From a virus: a stretch of 64,000 nucleotides of DNA. Numbering within the stretch: position 1 is the stretch's first letter; every line of letters begins with the position of its first letter. Shown piece by piece: positions 1 through 8,771 of the stretch. Where the stretch lies: IMG/VR virus record IMGVR_UViG_3300025466_000029, positions 3,205 to 67,204 of that record. The stretch is one strand, 5' to 3'. The notes beneath the pieces are model-generated. The model was not told the DNA's origin. It saw only the letters and a list, made by a program, of their open reading frames with translations, and did not search any database. The position numbers were made by a program, and so were the translations under genes.

Positions 1-215
1 CTACTGGTGGCTTTGGTCGTAGTGGCGTTCCTGACATCGTTGTTTGTTTCAATGGTCACTTCATTGGTATCGAATGTAAGGCAGGGGATAACACAACGAC
101 TGCACTGCAAGACCGAGAGTTAGAAAAGATTGACAAGGCTGGTGGTATTGCAATGGTTGTTAATGAAACAAATATTGAGCGCGTGAGGGAGGTACTAGAT
201 GCACACCGCAATTGA
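1..215 (+). CDS. VRR-NUC domain nuclease (5' truncated by the window edge)
   Basis: Frame from nt 3 reads TGGFGRSGVPDIVVCFNGHFIGIECKAG...TALQ, a PD-(D/E)xK VRR-NUC signature; stop TGA at 213-215. Confidence 0.85.
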   Translation, partial: TGGFGRSGVPDIVVCFNGHFIGIECKAGDNTTTALQDRELEKIDKAGGIAMVVNETNIERVREVLDAHRN

Positions 216-372
216 ATATATACTTTGTTATAGTACAGCTTTTCTATTAGGTGCTTTCATTGGCGGCTTGATTGTTGGTTACTACTATAACGAGCGTCAG
301 CGTAAGCATGAGGTAATAGAAAGACGTATGAAACAAATCCGTAGAGATAATAGTAGGAGAAGGTATGGCTAG
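199..372 (+). CDS. small membrane protein (57 aa)
   Basis: MHTAIEYILCYSTAFLLGAFIGGLIVGYYY...: one TM helix and a basic tail; overlaps both neighbours; GGAGG upstream. Confidence 0.55.
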   Translation: MHTAIEYILCYSTAFLLGAFIGGLIVGYYYNERQRKHEVIERRMKQIRRDNSRRRYG

Positions 373-631
373 CTTTAACGATGTAACAGGTGACCCATTA
401 GTCAGTCGCCCAAGTTCAAAAGAGTTTAACGAGAACTTCGATAAGATTTTTGGTAAGAAGAAAACCAATGGCGGATGGAAGCCACCGCTTACGCCACTAG
501 CAACTACACCAAAACAATTTTTTGAGAATGGTAATCAAGTAGCTAAGAGCCTTGATGAATGGAATGAAGCCCGAGTCGACACCATCGGTCAGAATGGCAA
601 TGAAGGTTTGCACTACGAGGAAAATAAGTAA
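365..631 (+). CDS. hypothetical protein
   Basis: AGGAG RBS; TAATG coupling to the next gene. Confidence 0.7.
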   Translation: MASFNDVTGDPLVSRPSSKEFNENFDKIFGKKKTNGGWKPPLTPLATTPKQFFENGNQVAKSLDEWNEARVDTIGQNGNEGLHYEENK

Positions 632-828
632 TGGCAGATGAAGCAGATTTAGCACAGGCTAATTCAGAACTGGACGATTTGATTCGTCGCAAGTATACTA
701 AGAAACCAACGCTTGAAGCAGAGGCTACAGGCGAATGCTTGAATTGCTTTGAACCCATTGATGAAGTTGGTAGGCGTTGGTGTAATTCAGATTGCCAACA
801 TGACTGGGAGTTACGAAGGAGGAGATAA
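631..828 (+). CDS. DksA/TraR-type C4 zinc-finger protein
   Basis: MADEADLA start; CLNC...RRWCNSDC. Confidence 0.75.
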   Translation: MADEADLAQANSELDDLIRRKYTKKPTLEAEATGECLNCFEPIDEVGRRWCNSDCQHDWELRRRR

Positions 829-831
829 TGG

Positions 832-1128
832 ATGGATTTGGCGACACAATTAATGATGATGGCTGTTCGAGTACACAACAGCTTATCAGTGGAGCAAACA
901 GATATGTTTAGTAAAGTGGTTTATAAGATTGACGACCACAAGTATAAAGTTGAAAGTACCAACACAGACGGCAAGCTAGATAGGATTCAATACTATAAAA
1001 GTCTAGATGCCATGCCTGATAACTTAGGCGATAAAGTAAAACAGTTAATGTGGACGGGTACTAATGACCAAACAATCACCGACGAGCTTGGGGTGCGAAT
1101 CGGTGATAATATTTTTTGGATTATCTAG
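832..1128 (+). CDS. hypothetical protein
   Basis: ORF in operon with GGAGGAG RBS. Confidence 0.65.
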   Translation: MDLATQLMMMAVRVHNSLSVEQTDMFSKVVYKIDDHKYKVESTNTDGKLDRIQYYKSLDAMPDNLGDKVKQLMWTGTNDQTITDELGVRIGDNIFWII

Positions 1129-1138
1129 GAGAATGATA

Positions 1139-1573
1139 ATGGAAATGCAAGAACGTATCGACGCGCTCATTCGTATGCGCAAAGAAAAACCTGATTTAAA
1201 AGACCAATGGGATAGACTCAAAGGCAGACTACTTCGTTTAATTCCTGAAACAAAAACACACGAGCTAAATAATGCCTTCGAAAAGATTGAGTTCAATGAG
1301 GCAGTGGAACGATACGACCAGCTATTCAACGAGGTACTAATCGTTGGTAAAAAAGCACAGCAATCCTTAGATGAAATGATAATGGTTGATGAAGACAGAG
1401 GCTTTGGCGCCGTACCAATTAAAGCCGAGGGTAGTCGTGTAACGCTAGGTGGTAACGTAGGTACAGGAACATGGGCATCGGCAACAAGCACAGTCAAACA
1501 CACAGTGACTGATGAAATGATTAAGGCATATACCGAATACAAAAAAGATAAGGCGACTAAACATGCCAAATAA
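1139..1573 (+). CDS. hypothetical protein
   Basis: Start moved to ATG 1139 behind the GGAGAA RBS at 1128. Confidence 0.65.
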   Translation: MEMQERIDALIRMRKEKPDLKDQWDRLKGRLLRLIPETKTHELNNAFEKIEFNEAVERYDQLFNEVLIVGKKAQQSLDEMIMVDEDRGFGAVPIKAEGSRVTLGGNVGTGTWASATSTVKHTVTDEMIKAYTEYKKDKATKHAK

Positions 1574-1976
1574 ACGAATTGATGATTTCATTGCAGTGGC
1601 GGCTCAACGCTATGATGCTAACCCTAGGGTGTGGACACACATATATGAACTATTAAGAAAGCTATTAGATTTTGATGATGCAAAAGAATTAGATGCTAAA
1701 TGGCATTCCATCAAACATAAGAAAGACCTTGAGGCATGGGATGAACTGTTCCTAGAGAACACGATTGATGAATCAAAGCTAGCTAAAAGATACACATTAG
1801 AAGAAGTAGCTAAACTTCAACGCGAGCAATATGAATATCAAGCGCTTCAACAACGTATGGCATTACAGAATGCGTATCAATATACAACAGCTACAGGGGC
1901 AGGCGGGTTGCAACCAGTACAAACAGACTCAAGCGTTACCACAACATTGTGGGACAGAATGCTAGGAAGAAATTAA
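1563..1976 (+). CDS. hypothetical protein
   Basis: Overlaps both neighbours; TAATG coupling to the polymerase. Confidence 0.65.
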   Translation: MPNKRIDDFIAVAAQRYDANPRVWTHIYELLRKLLDFDDAKELDAKWHSIKHKKDLEAWDELFLENTIDESKLAKRYTLEEVAKLQREQYEYQALQQRMALQNAYQYTTATGAGGLQPVQTDSSVTTTLWDRMLGRN

Positions 1977-3835
1977 TGAACATAATAACGCTAGACTTTG
2001 AAACCTATTACGATAAAGACTTTAGCCTTTCAAAGATAACCACAGAAGAATACGTACGCAGTAAACAGTTTGAAGTGATTGGTGTTGCTACTAAAGTAAA
2101 TGACGGTCCGATTGTGTGGGTGTCAGGTACGTACAAAGAACTTAAGGCACACTTGGATTCATTGCCGTGGGGTAACCATCTACTGCTTGCACAGAACACT
2201 GCATTCGATGCGGCTATCCTCAACTGGCGATTCGGAATTAAACCCGTAGGCTACTTGGATACGATGAGCATGGCGATGGCTATTCATGGGTTAGAACAAT
2301 CAGTAAGCCTAGCTAATCTAGCTAAGGTCTATGGTGAGGAAGATAAGGGCGAGCAGGTCAAGCAGTACATCGGCTATCATCGCAAGGACTTCTCACCAAT
2401 AGAACTTGAGGACTATGGTGTGTACTGTACACACGACGTAGAGATTTGCTACAACGTGTTTAACAAGATGCTACCTAACTTCCCTAAGTCTGAACTACGC
2501 GTGGTTGATTTAACTATCCGTATGTTTGCCGAGCCTATCCTAGAACTAGACGAGAAGCTATTGGTGAATGACCTGATGCAGATTCGTGCTGACAAGCGTG
2601 GCTCTTTAGTTACCTTGATGCACTTGCTTGGTGTTAAGAATGAGGACGACCTCAAAAAGCAACTGATGAGCAACGACAAGTTTGCGGAGTTACTCAAGTC
2701 GCGTGGTGTTGAACCGCCTACTAAGGTCAGTGAAAAGACAGGCAAGGAAGCATGGGCATTTGCTAAGACAGACGAGGAGTTTACAGACCTCATGGACAGT
2801 GAAGACCCTTTGATTGCTACCCTAGTATCAACACGCTTGGCTAACAAGTCGACCATTGGTGAGACAAGAACAGAATCATATGCAGACATTGCATCACGTG
2901 GCACATATCCGTTCTCATTGAAATACTCAGGTGCGATGATTACACACCGTTGGTCAGGCTTTGATACTAACCCACAGAACTTGCCACGTGGTTCAACGCT
3001 ACGCAAAGCAATCATGGCACCCGAAGGACATCAGCTAGTAGTAGCTGACTTGAGTAACATTGAGTTGCGATTAGGGATGTGGCTTGCTGGTCAGCATGAT
3101 GCGATTGAACAGATTAACGAAGGTATGGACTTGTATCGTGTGTTTGCATCTGAGGCGTTTAACTTGGACTATAACAAGATTGGAAAAGATAGTAACGAGC
3201 GGTTCATTGCGAAGGTATGTTGCCTATCACTTATCTATGGTACAGGCGCATTAAAGCTACGTGAGACAATCCGTATCCAAAGCAAGGGCAAGACTACCGT
3301 GTCAGCTAACGAAGCGGAACGCTTAAAGAACTTGTATCGTGAGAAGAATACTAACGTCGCTGATGCGTGGCGCGAAGGTGGGTATGTACTGGAGTGGATT
3401 AAGAACAACGAGTCGCATACTGTGTATGACTTCTTACCTGTGCTTGGTTCAGCTGGGATTATTAAACCTAATGGCTTGGCATTACCTTACCCTAACTTGA
3501 CCGAGACGATGGGTGCCAAAGGTATGGAGTGGCACTATGATGTGCGCCGTGGTCGTGCAACGATGAAGGACAAAGTGTACGGCTCTAAAGTATTCCAACG
3601 CACAACACAAAGCCTAGCACGTGACATTATGGCAGAGCATACCATCAACATTAACAAACGTTACTGGGTTGCAGGGTTAGTACATGATGAGGTAATATGT
3701 GTGGTACCTGATGGTGAAGTGGAAGAAGCAAAGACATACATCACACAGATGATGCGCACACCACCAGCATGGGCTAAAGACTTACCACTCGATTGCGAAG
3801 TAGGTTCGGGGAAACGATATGGGAATGCAAAGTAA
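1976..3835 (+). CDS. polA: DNA polymerase family A with 3'-5' exonuclease
   Basis: ExoI LDFET, ExoII AQNTAFD, motif A DLSNIELR, motif B RFIAKVCCLSLIYG, motif C VHDE. Confidence 0.95.
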   Translation: MNIITLDFETYYDKDFSLSKITTEEYVRSKQFEVIGVATKVNDGPIVWVSGTYKELKAHLDSLPWGNHLLLAQNTAFDAAILNWRFGIKPVGYLDTMSMAMAIHGLEQSVSLANLAKVYGEEDKGEQVKQYIGYHRKDFSPIELEDYGVYCTHDVEICYNVFNKMLPNFPKSELRVVDLTIRMFAEPILELDEKLLVNDLMQIRADKRGSLVTLMHLLGVKNEDDLKKQLMSNDKFAELLKSRGVEPPTKVSEKTGKEAWAFAKTDEEFTDLMDSEDPLIATLVSTRLANKSTIGETRTESYADIASRGTYPFSLKYSGAMITHRWSGFDTNPQNLPRGSTLRKAIMAPEGHQLVVADLSNIELRLGMWLAGQHDAIEQINEGMDLYRVFASEAFNLDYNKIGKDSNERFIAKVCCLSLIYGTGALKLRETIRIQSKGKTTVSANEAERLKNLYREKNTNVADAWREGGYVLEWIKNNESHTVYDFLPVLGSAGIIKPNGLALPYPNLTETMGAKGMEWHYDVRRGRATMKDKVYGSKVFQRTTQSLARDIMAEHTININKRYWVAGLVHDEVICVVPDGEVEEAKTYITQMMRTPPAWAKDLPLDCEVGSGKRYGNAK

Positions 3836-4421
3836 TTACAAACATACAACACCATCAGAGCGTAAACAATTAGTTGAATGGTTAGAAGGACAAGAAACTT
3901 TTTGGCTTAAGTACACAGGTAACACTTGGTATGATGATGGGCACGATACTGATGATGTAAATGAAATTGTTGCGTGTATAAGAAATGGCATAGACCAAGG
4001 CACAAGCAAAACGCTCAGGGATTATGTTGCATCAGGTACGTCGCTAGAAGATGCGCGGCATATGAAAGTACCTAAATGGAAACCCATTGACGTACTAGAC
4101 CCTAAAGAACCAAAGGTCACAAAGGCAACTGTTAGAGAGCATTACATCAACATGCCGAATGTTACTAGAGTAATACCTAAGGTAATGGAAGCGCCTAAGT
4201 ATGTACCGCCAAAGAGATACACAGTAGCAGAAGATTGCCAAGAAGTAGAGCGGCTATTATTTATTATCGAGGCAGTGGATAACATACAAATCATTCGGAC
4301 ACCTGAATCGGTTAAACGAATTGCTGGATGGATTAGGGCTGATGAACATATAAACTATAGATATAAACAACCCATCTCATGTACGCAAGTGCGTGAGATA
4401 TTACAGAAAGTGTATGGATAA
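3819..4421 (+). CDS. hypothetical protein
   Basis: 200-aa ORF between polymerase and exonuclease. Confidence 0.6.
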   Translation: MGMQSNYKHTTPSERKQLVEWLEGQETFWLKYTGNTWYDDGHDTDDVNEIVACIRNGIDQGTSKTLRDYVASGTSLEDARHMKVPKWKPIDVLDPKEPKVTKATVREHYINMPNVTRVIPKVMEAPKYVPPKRYTVAEDCQEVERLLFIIEAVDNIQIIRTPESVKRIAGWIRADEHINYRYKQPISCTQVREILQKVYG

Positions 4422-4424
4422 CAA

Positions 4425-5105
4425 ATGGCATATAGTTACTCGGCAATAAAAGCATTCAAGAACTGTCAACGTCAGTACTACGAAACACGGATACTAAAGA
4501 ACTGGCCGTTTCCCGAAACGGAAGCCATCATGTACGGCAAGGATGTGCATAAGGCGCTTGAAGATTATATTGGTGAGAACAAGCCATTGGGACCGCACTC
4601 AAGGTTTCAACCGATAGCTGATGCTATCCTAGCTTTGGAAGGTGAGAAGCTAACTGAGTTTGAAATGGCACTGGATGATAACCTTGAGCCATGTGAGTTC
4701 TTAGGTAAAGATGTTTTCATTCGTGGTATCGCTGACATCGTAGTAGTAGATAAAGAAAAGAAACGCGCCTACATTGGCGACTATAAAACAGGCAGTGCGA
4801 AGTACCCTGATACAGACCAGCTAGAGCTTATGGCATTGATGATATTCAGATATTTCCCTGAGATTGAACATGTCAAAGCTGCCCTTTTATTTATCGTTCA
4901 TGATAAAGTAGTGACTGCTGAGTACCACAAAAAAGACGCGAAGCCTAAATGGATTCAGTGGCTGGCTAAAGTAGAAACAATGGAACAAGCCGCCGCTATG
5001 AATATGTACCATGAGAATCCGACAGGGCTATGCGGATGGTGTGAAGTAACAACCTGCCCTCATAACACTAAAGATAGACGAATAAGGAAATCAAAATATG
5101 CCTAG
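4425..5105 (+). CDS. PD-(D/E)XK (RecB/Cas4-like) exonuclease
   Basis: SYS..KAF..C..QY, G.DVH, RGIAD, DYKTG, QL.LMA, C-terminal CGWC...CPH. Confidence 0.9.
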   Translation: MAYSYSAIKAFKNCQRQYYETRILKNWPFPETEAIMYGKDVHKALEDYIGENKPLGPHSRFQPIADAILALEGEKLTEFEMALDDNLEPCEFLGKDVFIRGIADIVVVDKEKKRAYIGDYKTGSAKYPDTDQLELMALMIFRYFPEIEHVKAALLFIVHDKVVTAEYHKKDAKPKWIQWLAKVETMEQAAAMNMYHENPTGLCGWCEVTTCPHNTKDRRIRKSKYA

Positions 5106-5373
5106 AAAGAAAAACTTAGCCAAAGGTGACCCTGAGTGGCACCGCGAATGGGAATATCAGAAAGCCACAGGCGAGAATAAAAAGAACACCGAACGTGCCA
5201 AAGCTCGCAGAATGTATGATAAACTTGGAATCGACCGTAAAGGAAAACAGATAGACCACGTTAAACCACTTGAAGCTGGTGGTAAAACAACCAAGGGTAA
5301 CTTGAAACTCATTTCTGTAAATGCAAACGAAAAGAAAAATCTCCATAAAAAAGGAGAAAAGAAAGGGAAGTAA
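5098..5373 (+). CDS. small HNH endonuclease
   Basis: IDHVKPL..GG....NL...S.N.N. Confidence 0.8.
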   Translation: MPRKKNLAKGDPEWHREWEYQKATGENKKNTERAKARRMYDKLGIDRKGKQIDHVKPLEAGGKTTKGNLKLISVNANEKKNLHKKGEKKGK

Positions 5374-6938
5374 TGGAGATAGTCGATAACAAAGCACTTC
5401 TAGTAACAGTAAGAAACCCAAAAAGATTTACCGATGTAATACCAAGCAGTGTAAACCTAGGCGAAGTATCCGAAGGTATATACGAACTAATGGTTAAGTG
5501 GGACTACGAGAATGTAGATACGCTAACCAAGCTAGGCTTAAAGAAAGTACCATCTGTTATTGATAAAGAATATAGATGGGCAGGTAAATTCAAACCAATG
5601 GCTCACCAAAAAGAGACTGCTGGGTTCATCGTTAATAATCAGAAGTGCTTTGTTTTCAACGAACAAGGTGTTGGTAAGACAGCAAGCGCGGCATGGGCAG
5701 TAGACTACTTGATGACCAAAGGTAAGGTTAAACGAGTATTAGTCGTCTGCCCATTGTCTATTATGAAAGCTGCATGGCAACGCGACCTATTCCAAGTCCT
5801 ACCACATCGTTCCGTAGGCATTGCACATGGCACACCAAAATCACGTCGTAATATCATTCAAGGTAACTACGAGTTTGTTATCTTAAACTTTGATGGTATT
5901 GAGATTGTGCTACAAGAATTAAAAGATGCTGACTTCGACTGTATCATTGTGGATGAAGCCAATGCACTTAAGTCTACACAGACACGTAGATGGAAAGCGT
6001 TTAAACAGTTAGTCAAACCCACCACTCGCCTAGTCTTAATGACAGGTACACCAGCGGCACAATCACCTGAGGATGCATACGGCTTGGCTAAGTTAGTCAG
6101 CCCACATAATGTACCAGCGTTCATGAGCGGATGGAAAGACCTCGTGATGCAGAAGATTAGTACATTCAAATGGATACCACGCCCACGTGCGAAAGACATT
6201 GTATTCAAGGCACTGCAGCCAGCTATCCGATTTACTAAAGAAGAATGCCTAGACCTACCTGACATCACATACGAAACGCGTGAAGTTCCTATGACTCCGC
6301 AACAAGCTAAATACTATGATGTTTTGAGGAAGCAGTTGCTCATTGAAGCGGCTGGTGAATCTGTAAGTGCAGTCAATGCGGCGGCAAAGCTAAACAAGTT
6401 ATTACAAATCTCATGTGGTGCAGTGTACTCAGATGAAGGCGCTCCGCTTTACTTTGATATTAGTAACCGCTTGTCAGAACTAGAAGCTGTGATTGACGAG
6501 AGCCTAAAGAAAGTGATTGTGTTCGCACCATTCACGCATACGATTGAAGTCATCGAGCAGTACCTAACCAAGAAAAAGATTACCTGTGCTGTGATTAACG
6601 GAGCAGTATCGTCTAACAAACGCGCTTCGCATATCCAAAACTTCCAAGAATTACCTGACCCACGTGTACTGATTATCCAACCACAAGCGGCGGCTCATGG
6701 TATTACTTTGACTGCGGCGAACACCGTTGTTTGGTTTGGACCTACGTCAAGCGTTGAGACCTACCTACAGGCAAATGCACGTGCGCATCGTAAAGGGCAA
6801 GACCATAAGGTTACCGTTATTATGATTCAAGGTAGCCCTGCGGAGAGCCACATGTACACCATGCTGAATGGTAAAGTTGATTCCCACAACCAACTTATTG
6901 ATTTATATAACAACATATTGACTGAAAAGACCGAATAA
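5373..6938 (+). CDS. SNF2-like SF2 helicase
   Basis: EQGVGKT, VDEA, MTGTP, HGITLT, QANARAHRKGQ. Confidence 0.92.
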   Translation: MEIVDNKALLVTVRNPKRFTDVIPSSVNLGEVSEGIYELMVKWDYENVDTLTKLGLKKVPSVIDKEYRWAGKFKPMAHQKETAGFIVNNQKCFVFNEQGVGKTASAAWAVDYLMTKGKVKRVLVVCPLSIMKAAWQRDLFQVLPHRSVGIAHGTPKSRRNIIQGNYEFVILNFDGIEIVLQELKDADFDCIIVDEANALKSTQTRRWKAFKQLVKPTTRLVLMTGTPAAQSPEDAYGLAKLVSPHNVPAFMSGWKDLVMQKISTFKWIPRPRAKDIVFKALQPAIRFTKEECLDLPDITYETREVPMTPQQAKYYDVLRKQLLIEAAGESVSAVNAAAKLNKLLQISCGAVYSDEGAPLYFDISNRLSELEAVIDESLKKVIVFAPFTHTIEVIEQYLTKKKITCAVINGAVSSNKRASHIQNFQELPDPRVLIIQPQAAAHGITLTAANTVVWFGPTSSVETYLQANARAHRKGQDHKVTVIMIQGSPAESHMYTMLNGKVDSHNQLIDLYNNILTEKTE

Positions 6939-6943
6939 AATAG

Positions 6944-6972
6944 TTGACGACCTTGTATGATAGCGATACAAT
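6944..6972 (+). promoter_or_regulatory. sigma70-type promoter
   Basis: TTGACG-17 bp-TACAAT upstream of 7003. Confidence 0.7.
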
Positions 6973-7002
6973 GGTTCCTGCTGTTTATATAAGGAGAATG
7001 AT

Positions 7003-7398
7003 ATGGCTGTTACAATCGATAAGTTGGTTGCTATTCATCGTAAGATGGAAGCGGCTATGGCTGAATATCAAGCCAAGATTGACGAGATTGAAGAACAGCG
7101 CCAAGAAGTTCGCAATACGATTCTAGAAATTATGAAGGAACAAAAACTAGAATCAGTGCGTACTGACCACGGCACTGTTACCAAAGGAGTCAAAGATAGA
7201 TACTGGTCAAATGACTGGGCGGCATTATCTCAATACATTATTGAGCACGGTGCTGTAGGGTTACTGCAACAACGTATCCATGAAACAAATATGCGTGAAT
7301 GGATTGCCGCGCATCCGAATGATTTTCCACCTAGTCTGAACATCGACAGGGAGTTTGGAATTACAATCCGTAAACCATCAACAAAGAAGGAGCTGTAA
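7003..7398 (+). CDS. conserved phage replication-region protein (coiled-coil N-terminus)
   Basis: AAGGAG RBS; SVRTDHGTV...W; typical position before the SSB-like gene. Confidence 0.7.
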   Translation: MAVTIDKLVAIHRKMEAAMAEYQAKIDEIEEQRQEVRNTILEIMKEQKLESVRTDHGTVTKGVKDRYWSNDWAALSQYIIEHGAVGLLQQRIHETNMREWIAAHPNDFPPSLNIDREFGITIRKPSTKKEL

Positions 7399-7587
7399 AT
7401 GAGTGACGTTCAAGAAACGCCGTTGTTAAATATTGAACAGGCATCGAAGTATATCCAATTAAGTACTGCGACTTTGGCACGTATGCGAAAGGATAACAGC
7501 GGACCAGCGTATGTTAAGTTGGGCGCTCGTGTGTTGTACCGTAAGACAGATTTAGATGCTTACATCGAATCTAAAATCAGCCAATAA
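7399..7587 (+). CDS. excisionase/AlpA-like HTH DNA-binding protein
   Basis: LLNIEQAS.YI.LS..TL..MR....GPAYVKLG.RVLYR..DLD.YI. Confidence 0.85.
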   Translation: MSDVQETPLLNIEQASKYIQLSTATLARMRKDNSGPAYVKLGARVLYRKTDLDAYIESKISQ

Positions 7588-7598
7588 AGGAGAATGAA

Positions 7599-8534
7599 AT
7601 GGCAACAGAACTATCATTATTTAGTGGTAATGCAGTACCAGCCCACATCGCTAATCGTGAATTAAGTAAAGCGACCTTAGCGCTAGCCAGTGCAGGTACT
7701 ACTACAAAACGTATCTCTATCGAAGGCGGTGTATTCCGCATGATGGTAGGCGGTAAAGAGATTGCTAAGAACACAGACCGTTCAATGAATGTAGCTATCG
7801 TTAGCACAGCACCAGCGAACAGTCGTATCTATTATGACCCAGCAGTTCCATATGTACGTGGTCAAGCATCTGCACCGACTTGCTCATCAACAGATGGCGT
7901 TAAACCAAACCCAGGCACTAAGTCACCACAAGCGGCATCATGCGCTACATGCCCACAGAACATCTCAGGTTCAGGTAATGGTGAATCACGTGCTTGCCGT
8001 TACCAACGTCGCCTAGCAGTTGTGCTTGAAGGTGATATGTCAGGTGATGTGTACCAAGTTATCTTACCAGCGACATCTATCTTTGGTCGTGGTCAAGGCA
8101 CACAACAATTGCCATTAGAAGCCTATGCTCGTATGTTGCATGGTAACCGTGTTGGTGTTGACTCAGTAGTGACTAAGATGGAATTTGATACAGACTCATC
8201 TACACCTAAATTGGTATTCTCACCAGTACGTTTCTTGGAAGAGAATGAGCAAGCTATTGTAGACCGTCAATCTGATACACCTGAGGCAGAACACGCAATT
8301 GGTTTGAACGCATATCAAACTGATACAGCATCAAGTGCACCAGCTATCGCGGCGCCAAAACCTACTCCTGTAGTGGATACTACAGCGGCACCTAAACAAT
8401 CAGGTTTCCAACCAGTAGCGGCACCAGTGGCAGATGAAGAAGAAGCTATCCCTGAACCAGTCAAGGCTACACCAGTTGATGCAGATGCACGTTCTGCGAA
8501 AATTGCAAATGTACTAGACGCATGGGGTGACTAG
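7599..8534 (+). CDS. putative ssDNA-binding/annealing protein
   Basis: RISI.GG.F, C.S.DG..P, CATCPQN, RAC; Pro/Ala-rich acidic tail ending WGD. Confidence 0.65.
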   Translation: MATELSLFSGNAVPAHIANRELSKATLALASAGTTTKRISIEGGVFRMMVGGKEIAKNTDRSMNVAIVSTAPANSRIYYDPAVPYVRGQASAPTCSSTDGVKPNPGTKSPQAASCATCPQNISGSGNGESRACRYQRRLAVVLEGDMSGDVYQVILPATSIFGRGQGTQQLPLEAYARMLHGNRVGVDSVVTKMEFDTDSSTPKLVFSPVRFLEENEQAIVDRQSDTPEAEHAIGLNAYQTDTASSAPAIAAPKPTPVVDTTAAPKQSGFQPVAAPVADEEEAIPEPVKATPVDADARSAKIANVLDAWGD

Positions 8535-8546
8535 TTTTATAATTCG

Positions 8547-8578
8547 TACACCTGCCCTCTTGGGTAGGTGTATTTTTT
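8547..8578 (+). terminator. intrinsic terminator
   Basis: TACACCTGCCC-TCTT-GGGTAGGTGTA followed by a T-run. Confidence 0.8.
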
Positions 8579-8597
8579 ACGCCTTCGGAGAACAACA

Positions 8598-8759
8598 ATG
8601 CAAACAAAACTAAAAGATTTTACAGTTCATGAACTTACAAGGCTCGTAGAAGCACGTTCAGAATTAATCAAAGATTTACAAGCAGAAATCAATATATTTA
8701 CAGCTGAGTTAGAATCACGCCAAGACCCTAATCGTCCAGTTCAACTAGAATTATTTTAA
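8598..8759 (+). CDS. hypothetical protein
   Basis: ATG 8598 behind CGGAGAA; ends QLELF. Confidence 0.6.
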   Translation: MQTKLKDFTVHELTRLVEARSELIKDLQAEINIFTAELESRQDPNRPVQLELF

Positions 8760-8771
8760 CAAAGGCACGTT

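Noticed and set aside
4425-5105. Cas4 as evidence of a CRISPR system
   Set aside because: It is a stand-alone phage exonuclease in a replication operon.
6944-7126. 60-aa ORF
   Set aside because: Its TTG start is the promoter -35, and it overlaps the better-supported 7003 gene out of frame.
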